20,765 nucleotides of DNA from an uncultured archaeon. Its GTDB lineage: Archaea > Asgardarchaeota > Lokiarchaeia > Sigyniarchaeales > SOKP01. The translations under genes and the position numbers were made by a program. Location: positions 1 to 20,765 of the forward strand of contig CAYLZE010000093.1 of NCBI GenBank assembly GCA_964388035.1, read 5' to 3'. Within the stretch, counting starts at the first letter, position 1. Each line of letters begins with the position of its first letter. Below are positions 8,124 through 16,037 of the stretch, piece by piece. The notes beneath the pieces are model-generated. The model worked only from the letters and a program-made list of their open reading frames with translations. It had not been told where the DNA came from and did not search any database.

Positions 8124-9833
8124 TTATTGATTTTTATCCCACCTACTTCCATTATTAAATTCATCCAATAAATTTACTATTTTTGAATATATATTTAATG
8201 CTTCAGATAAGTTGCCATCATGAAATGAGTCTTTTCCCTTTTCGTTCAATTTTTGAATATTTATTTTCAAATGCTCAATTGCTTGTAATATATTCTTTTT
8301 TTCTGTCTCTTTCTCGATAAATAGCGTCTCTTCTCCTTGGATTTTTTCTAATTCGCTGAGATAATAATCAATTAATCCGGTATTATTTAGAATCTTTGCC
8401 AATTCGATGATATCTCGGCAAATGTCCATAGCTTTATTAAATTCTTTATATTTAACAGCACTATCCAGTCTCTCCTCTAAAAGACGTACCTCTTGTTCTT
8501 TTTTTACATGATCTTGAGAGAGTGTTAAGAGTTCTTCTTTTTTGCGTGATAATCTTGCTTCCATTTCCGTGAGATTATTGGATTTAGCTAATTCAATATA
8601 TTTAGAAACTTGAGGTAAGAAATCATCTATCTGCTTTTTATTTAACGTCCTATTTTCTTTTTTCAGCAAACCCTCAATTTCGTCTAATAACACGGATTTT
8701 GCTTCTTTCATTACTTGTTGAGAGGAGTGCGCATATTTTTCTTCAAGTTCCGCCCATTTCTTTATCAATTCGTCATCATTTAAAGAAAATAATAAATCCC
8801 ACGCTTTATCAAAAATGTTTGCGGCTTTTTTTATATTATTCATGGATATTGCTTGAATATATTGTTTCTCAAGTTCATCCAATTCTGCTTTGATTTTCTC
8901 TCTCTTGCTCCAATATTCCTTCCATAAGGTTTGATCTTTCTCTATTATATATTTTGCTGCGGGAATTTTTAACAGATCGCAATATTTTCCATAATCTTCT
9001 ACGTAGATGAGTACCAATTCATGAGCTTCTTTAATTTCATCTTTTTCAATTAACTCATTGTACTGTGTCTTAAGACTTACACTCCTTTCTCGGGCTTCTA
9101 TCATTAATTGCTGAGGATTGTATTTTCCGGTAAGTTTAGCAATAAACTCTTCCTCTTCCTTAATAATTAAATATAAATCGGCGGCTTTCGCAAGATCAAT
9201 AATTTTTCTTGCATTAATTACCGCTTCTTTATAATTCCCAATTCTATAATTATTTCTTTCGGTAATCCTTAAATTATCGATTTTAGAGATTACATCTATT
9301 TCATTTTTATGCTTGAGTTCCCTTATACGTTCTAAGAGAAATTCCTGATCGTTTTCTAAGGCTTTATCTTCGATTTTACGAGCTAAATCGATAATTTCTT
9401 CTGATTTTAGAATGGCTTCCTCATATTTCTGCATCTCGATAAGTTGTTCTACTTGTTCTTTCATGTCTTTGATTGATGATAGGATCGGCGTGATTTTATG
9501 TTCTTGACTAAGAATACATGCATCTAATTGTTCTTTCTGAAAGTCAAAGTTCTCTAAAAAATCCATGGTTTCATAGCCCGATTCAATAGTAATGTTTCTT
9601 AAAATTTTTTTATCTGGAAACTCTTCTAAAAATAACTCCCGAATATTCGGTATATAGAGCTTCAAGCTATTTGATGCATTTTTTCCAATCCAAATAAACA
9701 TCTTTTTTTTATTATAAACATAAATCGCTAAAATATTATACAATGTAAATAACCCTACGCCAGGGGCGGAATCAATTTGCTTAAATTTCCCAGAATAATT
9801 TAGATTATAAATATCTAGGTTTTTAACTCCCAA
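8124..9833 (-). CDS. Gelsolin-like N-terminal domain fused to helical (MIT/TPR-like) repeats
   Basis: aa ~1-100 contain ILAIY...MFIWIGKNAS...ITIESGYETMDFLENF, matching the gelsolin consensus 'iyvWiGk.as ... v.eG.E...F...F'. The rest is helical repeats like those of the downstream gene. TTG start. Confidence 0.7.
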   Translation of the reverse strand: MGVKNLDIYNLNYSGKFKQIDSAPGVGLFTLYNILAIYVYNKKKMFIWIGKNASNSLKLYIPNIRELFLEEFPDKKILRNITIESGYETMDFLENFDFQKEQLDACILSQEHKITPILSSIKDMKEQVEQLIEMQKYEEAILKSEEIIDLARKIEDKALENDQEFLLERIRELKHKNEIDVISKIDNLRITERNNYRIGNYKEAVINARKIIDLAKAADLYLIIKEEEEFIAKLTGKYNPQQLMIEARERSVSLKTQYNELIEKDEIKEAHELVLIYVEDYGKYCDLLKIPAAKYIIEKDQTLWKEYWSKREKIKAELDELEKQYIQAISMNNIKKAANIFDKAWDLLFSLNDDELIKKWAELEEKYAHSSQQVMKEAKSVLLDEIEGLLKKENRTLNKKQIDDFLPQVSKYIELAKSNNLTEMEARLSRKKEELLTLSQDHVKKEQEVRLLEERLDSAVKYKEFNKAMDICRDIIELAKILNNTGLIDYYLSELEKIQGEETLFIEKETEKKNILQAIEHLKINIQKLNEKGKDSFHDGNLSEALNIYSKIVNLLDEFNNGSRWDKNQ

Positions 9834-10007
9834 AATTCATCTAACCCTTTGATTAATCATGACATAAAACTATATTTTAATTTTAACTTCATTAATTCTA
9901 CAATGTGGTTAATAAATAAAAATTATTAGATCTGATGATTATTATCATAATATCTGAAGTTTTTTAAAAAGTTGATAAGAACGATAAAAATTGTTTTCTA
10001 TGAATTT

Positions 10008-11027
10008 TTAGAGACTAAGTGAATACTCTTTTCTTGGTTTTCCCCCTTTTTCATTTTTTATAACTTTTTCTTCAATTATCCCTTCTACGAGTAGTACATC
10101 TAATATTTCTCTCAACTTTGCACCTCCAATTTTTGACTTAATCCCAATTTCTCTGGTATTGATGGCATTATTTTCGCGAATGATATCGATAACTTGTTTA
10201 AGGGTATCTTGAAATTCCATTTTAACTCTTTTAATGATGGATTTAACTTTTAAAAACTTTTTAGCAGTTTCAACGAATTGAGAACTTGTGAATCCATCAA
10301 AATGAAAAATATCGTTATCCAAGAATAAAATAGAATTAAAATATACATCATCAATTAATATAAGACCATCATTCACAAGCATGTCGTTATATCTGACAAT
10401 TTGGCAGGTTTTTTCTGAAGTTTGAACGATACTCAATCGTATGCGTTTTAAGATTCCGGTTATTAAGTCAAAATAATTACTAATCTCATCAAAGTCGTTA
10501 TTTGAAAAATATAATTCAATATTTACACCTCGGAGGTATGCATTATAAAGGGCAGGTTCTATTCTATCTAAAAACAAGGGGGGTAGAGAAGAAAGAAAGA
10601 TCTCATTAGTTGAATTATCAATTAGTTTATAAAAATTTTCGTAAGCAAGATTTTCGTCAGAATAATGATAGAACGTTGAATGCCTAAAACATTTACCTCG
10701 ATCACTTTCTTCCGCCTTCACGTGCTCTTCCAATTTATAAATACGTTCTTTATTTTTTTTATAATGCTCGTCCAAGACTCTGCTTAAAGCTATTTTAGGA
10801 TCTATACGATAGAATTTTTTATTTTTCCCTTTCGATGAAAAAACTAATCCCATTTCTTCGAGGATGGAGAGATTATAATTTACCTGGGAGTAAGAATAAT
10901 TTAATTTCTCTTTAATATCTTGAACGGTCCCAAATTTATACTCTATGATGTAGTCATATAGTTGAATCTGAATTTCGGATAAACCGATATCACGTAAATA
11001 TGAATGATATTTTTTGAGCATTATCAA
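10008..11027 (-). CDS. TrmB-family transcriptional regulator with an additional C-terminal HTH
   Basis: LRDIGLSEIQIQLY...SQVNYNLSILEEMGLV...FYRIDP (TrmB wHTH), coiled coil, effector domain (IDNSTNEIFLS...AYLRGVNI), and C-terminal INTREIGIKSKIGGAKLREILDVLLVEGII...GGKPRKEY (second wHTH). ATG at 11021 is an alternative start. Confidence 0.85.
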   Translation of the reverse strand: MIMLKKYHSYLRDIGLSEIQIQLYDYIIEYKFGTVQDIKEKLNYSYSQVNYNLSILEEMGLVFSSKGKNKKFYRIDPKIALSRVLDEHYKKNKERIYKLEEHVKAEESDRGKCFRHSTFYHYSDENLAYENFYKLIDNSTNEIFLSSLPPLFLDRIEPALYNAYLRGVNIELYFSNNDFDEISNYFDLITGILKRIRLSIVQTSEKTCQIVRYNDMLVNDGLILIDDVYFNSILFLDNDIFHFDGFTSSQFVETAKKFLKVKSIIKRVKMEFQDTLKQVIDIIRENNAINTREIGIKSKIGGAKLREILDVLLVEGIIEEKVIKNEKGGKPRKEYSLSL

Positions 11028-11179
11028 AATTTCAAGTTTTAAGCTTAATAACTAGTATGTGACACTAAAACAAATTTTTTTCTAAAATATCATGATTATT
11101 TAATGAATTTCTTCCACTTCTAAATTAAAGATTTAAAAATAAATTATAAATACAAAAAAAATTAATAAAAGTGAAACAA

Positions 11180-11311
11180 ATGGCTCAATGTAAGGATTGC
11201 GTGCATTATAAACCGATTGACGAGACTAAAGGAGATTGTTTTGGACATGAAGTTCCCGCGACCTTAGATGCAGGACATTGCCCAGCAAATGCCTTCACTC
11301 CTCGTGATTAA
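11180..11311 (+). CDS. 43-aa four-Cys miniprotein, HiPIP/BssC-like putative [4Fe-4S] or Zn binder (not in ORF track)
   Basis: Manual translation MAQCKDCVHYKPIDETKGDCFGHEVPATLDAGHCPANAFTPRD*, pattern CxxC-x12-C-x13-C. It is a clearly GC-richer coding-like island inside an AT-rich intergenic region. Confidence 0.8.
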   Translation: MAQCKDCVHYKPIDETKGDCFGHEVPATLDAGHCPANAFTPRD

Positions 11312-11378
11312 ATATATTCAGCACCTTAATACAGATATGCACTGATATTTAGAAGAATACAGGAAAGGTGAATAAAAA

Positions 11379-11816
11379 ATGTTAAAAATAAGGATAAAAT
11401 CTTTGATAGTAAGCGTCATATTAGGAATCGCATCATGGTTTTGGGCATTTATCATTGTGGGCTCAGCATTTTTTGATTATGCAACAAATCAACCAATTCA
11501 AAATCCCGATATGAATGTCTATATCACGCTTCTCATTTTGAATTTCGTCATTACTCTTGTCATATTGGCACTTTACTTGTGGAAATTTGAAAAAAATCAC
11601 CCTATAATAGAAAATGGGTGGATATTTGATGCTTTTATACTCGGATTAGTACTCTGTGGCATGAACTTCCTTTTAGATGCAATTTTCTTCGGAGTCTTTC
11701 AACAGCGAGAGCTCCTTTCATACTTTTTCCTCGAAACAACTACAGGTTATCTGTACCCTGCAATTATCTTAGAAACATTAATTCTGGCATATTTGATTTA
11801 TGGCAGAACCAAGTAA
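11379..11816 (+). CDS. Hypothetical four-TM membrane protein
   Basis: Four hydrophobic segments. AGGTGA Shine-Dalgarno upstream. Lies 67 bp after the Cys miniprotein on the same strand. Confidence 0.8.
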   Translation: MLKIRIKSLIVSVILGIASWFWAFIIVGSAFFDYATNQPIQNPDMNVYITLLILNFVITLVILALYLWKFEKNHPIIENGWIFDAFILGLVLCGMNFLLDAIFFGVFQQRELLSYFFLETTTGYLYPAIILETLILAYLIYGRTK

Positions 11817-11834
11817 ATATAAGAAATTAAATAC

Positions 11835-11844
11835 TTTTTTTTTT
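11835..11844 (+). terminator. Oligo-T archaeal-type terminator
   Basis: T10 tract 18 nt after the stop of 11379..11816. Confidence 0.45.
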
Positions 11845-11861
11845 GAAAATTATAGTCTAAT

Positions 11862-12040
11862 TTAGAAATATTCTCTCCCGCAATTTCAACATTCATACTT
11901 TTTATCTATTTTAAGTTTCCATCCCTTGAAAGGAGTATTTCCATATCCAATACTCTTCTTTTTTATTAATGGATTCTTAAATTCATCTTTAAAAAAATTA
12001 AGGTTTAATTTTTAAATATTTCAAAAGCATATTACATATT
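11862..12040 (-). pseudogene. Decayed small zinc-ribbon gene remnant
   Basis: Minus-strand frame reads LNLNFFKDEFKNPLIKKKSIGYGNTPFKGWKLKIDKKYEC*NCGREYF*. The TGA at 11888-11886 lies inside a C-x-x-C-G knuckle. The 5' part is disrupted and has no intact start. Confidence 0.4.
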
Positions 12041-12091
12041 AATAATTTTTTTTTACATGATTATCTACTAAATAATATGAGGTTATAGTCA

Positions 12092-13936
12092 ATGGAAGAA
12101 AAAAGCTCAATACTGTTTTCTGACCGTGCTTCATGGGAACTTCCCACTCGACACGACAGGGGATGGGTTCGAACTGCTCAATATATTACCTTAAAAGATG
12201 GCATCAAAAATGCTATTTATCTCTACCTTCCTAAAGACTTAAGGGAGGATGAAAAAGTACCCGCTATAATCATTCCTACTCCTTACTTCAGCATGGCAGA
12301 ATTTCGGTCGCCATTTTTTGAAAAATTAGCTGAAAAACTTGCAATTGGTGGACAAGGAGAATGGGCTGAAGATTTTGCCCGTTTTGGCTATGCCACAGTA
12401 TTATGGGATCTGCGGGGAAGCGGAGCTTCTTATGGTCGTAAGCTTTCTATCATATTGCCGGATACGGTACGGGACACGACTGAAATTGTTGATTGGATTG
12501 TACACCAGCCATGGTCCAACGGCAAGGTGGGAGCTACAGGTATTTCAGCTAGAGCAATGGCCACTGAATGGATGATTTTATCCAAACATCCATCACTCAA
12601 GGCAATTGTGCCCCGCTTTACTGTCTTTGATATTTATACTGCTACTCTTGCGGGAGGACTAAAAGCAAGCAGGTTTATTCAGGACGTAGGAGCCATACTC
12701 CGAGCCATGGATGCAAATCAATTGCATGACATGCCCGAAAATAAAATAGCAAAAGGGCTTCTTCGATTGGTTGGAATGAAAATCATGCGCATGGACGAGG
12801 ATCCCGAAGGAACGATGCTTGCTGAAGCCGTACTCGATCATGCAAGCAATGAATATTTTGATCGTGATCTCATGGCTGTTACTTACCGCGATGATACTTT
12901 ACCTAATTCATCAATCCCTGCAACTATTGATACTCAAAGCCCATTTAGCCGAGCAAAGGATATGGAGGCTTCAAATGTTGCTATTTACGGTTATACAGGT
13001 TGGTTTGATGGTGCTTTTCCCCGCGAAATGATTAACCTATACATGACTGTTCGGACTTCTGGAAGCAAGTTAATTATTGGTCCTTGGAGCTATCACGCCC
13101 GATTCAACTCGAGTCCCATAATAAAAGGAAAGCAAGCCACGGACTTCGATCAAACTGCGGAAATAATCCGTTTTTTCGATTACCATATTAAAGATATCGA
13201 TCACGGCATCAGTGGTGAGAAAACCATCCATTATTATACTATGGGCGAGGAAAAATGGAAAGCGACTGATACTTGGCCCCCTGATGGAGTAGAGAATATT
13301 TCGTATTATCTCTCTGCTGCAAATATGTTGAGCTGAGATAAGCCCGAAAACGAAGAAGCTTCTGATTCATATCAAGTAGATTACACCGCGGGGACCGGAG
13401 TCTATTCACGTTTCGGTAAGCATCTTGCTGGCGGAAGATCTCCAGTACGATATCCTGATAGGGATAAGAGAGATAAAAAACTTTTAACCTATACATCCCA
13501 TCCCCTCGATATTGATATGGAGATTACAGGACACCCCTTCATAACTTTATACGCGAGTTCCACTAGCACGGATGGTGCATTCATTGTTTATCTCGAGGAT
13601 GTAAGCCCCGATAATAATATCGTTGTTGTGACAGATGGGTGTTTGCGTGCACTTTTTCGTAAACTAAGTAGTGCGAAAAAACCATATTGGCAAGCTGGAC
13701 CTTATCATACTTTCAATAAAGCTGATGCAATGCCTCTTGTACCCGGTGAAATCGCTGAATTATCTTTTGATCTATTTCCAACTTCTTATCTCTTTAAACA
13801 AAATCATTCAATCAGATTAGCATTGTCTGGAGCTGATAAAGATAATTTCGTATTTGTTCCTCAAGATGAACAACCAAAATTACAAGTTTATCGAGATTTT
13901 AAACACGCTTCCTATATAAGTTTACCGAAGATATAA
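12092..13936 (+). pseudogene. CocE/NonD (X-Pro dipeptidyl peptidase S15-like) hydrolase interrupted by one in-frame TGA
   Basis: ORFs 12092..13336 and 13517..13936 share a frame. The segment between them translates cleanly (S*DKPENEEASDSYQVDYTAGTG...LLTYTSHPLDIDMEITGHP), giving 614 codons. Motifs: PTPY, DLRGSGASYG, QPWSNGKVG, GWFD, IIGPW and the PepX_C-type C-terminus (HSIRLALSGAD). Confidence 0.85.
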
Positions 13937-13937
13937 T

Positions 13938-14167
13938 TCCACATCGGGGCTTGGCTTTAACATCCAGCTTTCCTGCGGAAATTGTAATAATATCTGTTTT
14001 GGAGACCCAAAGGAAACAATCAAAAATTACAAGATTTTGAAGAATTCTGGCTGTGTAATCCAAAAAGAGAATGGAGAGATCATGATCCTTCCTCCCGATG
14101 AGGCAAGAGAGCATTTGAAACAATGAATCCAAAACATCAACGCTTATATATGATGGATTCAAAATGA
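13938..14167 (+). pseudogene. 3'-terminal remnant of a 4Fe-4S protein gene (possibly QueG/epoxyqueuosine reductase-like), frameshifted
   Basis: Reads STSGLGFNIQLSCGNCNNICFGDPKETIKNYKILKNSGCVIQKENGEIMILPPDEAR, then after a 1-nt deletion near 14110 continues AFETMNPKHQRLYMMDSK*. Contains CxxCxxxC. No start codon; begins at the CocE stop. The family call is from memory of similar C-termini. Confidence 0.6.
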
Positions 14168-14193
14168 TAATAAATTAAAGCCCTTAAATCATT

Positions 14194-14220
14194 AGACTTT
14201 CATAAAAGTCTTTTCTTTTC
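14194..14220 (+). terminator. Short hairpin followed by pyrimidine tract
   Basis: AGACTTT-cata-AAAGTCT stem followed by TTTCTTTTC, just downstream of the remnant's TGA-TAA-TAA stops. Confidence 0.35.
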
Positions 14221-14426
14221 CCATTTATTTTTATTTCTTTTCATCTTGAACGATTTTGATTTTTCATTCGATTTAAAGATTAATTAGCTTAAAAAAGAAG
14301 AAATAATTTTAATTTGAGCAGTAAAAATTGAGTTATTACAGATGTAAAAGAAATTCTGTTTTTTGATACTTGAGGATATTATTCATTTTTAATGAAATAA
14401 AAGAATTCATTTAAACAAAATTTTTT

Positions 14427-14942
14427 TCACTTTATAAGCGTTTTAGCAAATTCTTTAGCTTTTTCAAGGTCTTCTGCATTTGGGCGACCTTTAAGAGCTG
14501 CGAACCATCTCTCTGCTTCTCCTTTTTTATCGGGTGGCATGTTACTCGTTAATTTTACTCGAAAATCAGGGGGTAATCCTAAATCCTCACCAGGACACTC
14601 GAATTCGCCAATCACGGTTCCTCCTCCTTTTTCAATTAGATTTTTTATTTTATCAAAGAATTTAGGACTCGCTTGCTCTCTCATGTGAGTGCAAAATAGG
14701 GCAAATTTCTCCGGTAACTCGCTTGCTTTTTTTAGGAGTGCTTGTCCGCTTTTTCCAAGATTTCCCGCGTAAATCCCCGACCCCAAACAAACAAGATCAT
14801 AGGATTTCAAACTAGATACATCTACTTGATCAGCAGGCATTAAAGACACTTCTTGTTGTTCTTCGATTAAAGCTTCTTTCATGCATTTAGCAACCTTTTC
14901 TGTATTGCCCGTATCGCTATGATACGTGATTAAAATTTTCAT
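14427..14942 (-). CDS. Flavodoxin-family protein
   Basis: MKILITYHSDTGNTEKVA FMN phosphate-binding loop, YDLVCLGSGIY, ALFCT and C-terminal P..EDLEKAKEFA. Confidence 0.9.
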   Translation of the reverse strand: MKILITYHSDTGNTEKVAKCMKEALIEEQQEVSLMPADQVDVSSLKSYDLVCLGSGIYAGNLGKSGQALLKKASELPEKFALFCTHMREQASPKFFDKIKNLIEKGGGTVIGEFECPGEDLGLPPDFRVKLTSNMPPDKKGEAERWFAALKGRPNAEDLEKAKEFAKTLIK

Positions 14943-15079
14943 GTGATTTTTTCACCTTTTTATATATTTTTAATTTTTTTATACATGATTTTTAATTTTT
15001 CATTATTTTGGAAATCCCAGTTCTAATAAATTCGGTTTACTAGATAATATCTAATATATCCTTTTTTAATGGATAACAA

Positions 15080-15526
15080 TCATAGTTTAAATAAGGATTT
15101 TCCCGTTACTTTTATGCTTATTAAAAGACCTATTGTAAATATAAACATTCCAATCATTCCATATTTACCGGGAAATTCCCCAGGAGGTGCTTTCCAAAAG
15201 AAACTTACGATTATTCCACATCCACTCTTAAAAACTTCAATCAAAAATGCGAAGGGAACTAATTCTCGCTTTTTAAAGCTAATTAAAAGATACCAGAACC
15301 CCATCCAGATTTGAGTGAATCCGATGATCGCAAAAAGATAGATAATTTCTGCGGTAGCTGTACTTCCCTCCACTAATTCAAAGTGTGCAATGATTCCCGC
15401 TCCCCCATCGGGTGCAAAAAAATGAATTCCTCCTCTGATTAAATCAATAATGGCAATGATAATTAAAAAGATCCAGGCATATTTTGGGATCTGATCGGAA
15501 TGGTTTACCTCTTCCTTATTATTCAT
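15080..15526 (-). CDS. Hypothetical four-TM membrane protein
   Basis: Four hydrophobic helices with a conserved-looking RGGIHFFAPDGGAGIIA loop and a PPG..PG motif. Confidence 0.75.
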   Translation of the reverse strand: MNNKEEVNHSDQIPKYAWIFLIIIAIIDLIRGGIHFFAPDGGAGIIAHFELVEGSTATAEIIYLFAIIGFTQIWMGFWYLLISFKKRELVPFAFLIEVFKSGCGIIVSFFWKAPPGEFPGKYGMIGMFIFTIGLLISIKVTGKSLFKL

Positions 15527-15610
15527 GATTTTTACTTTTTCAATTTATTTAATTAATTTGATTTATTTCATGATCGTTCTATTTATCATTTTAATAATAA
15601 CTTGGGAATA

Positions 15611-15841
15611 TTATTTTATTTCTTCTTCATGAAGCCTTTGATACTTTAAATCATTTATTTTTTGAAAAATAGCATCAAATTAATTCTTTGAATAGATCCT
15701 CATTTATTCAACATCCATTGATTTATTAAGAAGGCCCTCTCCTCGAGCAGCGGAAGATTGAATACCAAATTTATTGAATATTTTAAATACACTATAATAA
15801 TTGGGATCATGCTTGAATATATCATGTACATGAAAATTCAT
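15611..15841 (-). pseudogene. Degraded gene remnant of unknown family
   Basis: One frame reads MNFHVHDIFKHDPNYYSVFKIFNKFGIQSSAARGEGLLNKSMDVE*MRIYSKN*FDAIFQKINDLKYQRLHEEEIK*. It is protein-like but has two internal TAA and further in-frame stops upstream. Confidence 0.35.
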
Positions 15842-16037
15842 TCCTAGTGATCTAATCAGTATTTAAAGACTATTAATAAAATGGGCTTAGATGGCTTTAA
15901 GTCTTAAAAAAAAAAAGAATACTACGATTAACAATCTTTTTAATACGATATTTAATCGGATTATGTTTTTATATAAATACCTTCTTATTTTGAATTATTA
16001 TATATTTTTATTAAAAAAACGGAGTTAACTTAATAAT

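Noticed and set aside
11028-11179. Candidate TrmB operator palindromes (TAGT-N7-ACTA, ATCATGAT)
   Set aside because: Short and imperfect; expected by chance in AT-rich DNA.
11886-13336. Genome-wide TGA recoding suggested by two in-frame TGAs
   Set aside because: Intact genes (3012..3962, 14427..14942, 19466..20026) end in TGA at natural C-termini, and long genes contain TGG Trp with no internal TGA.
13517-13936. 139-aa ORF as an independent gene
   Set aside because: It is the in-frame C-terminal domain of the CocE gene beyond the TGA.
13899-14162. 87-aa minus-strand ORF
   Set aside because: Antisense to the more convincing plus-strand Fe-S gene remnant and overlaps the CocE 3' end.
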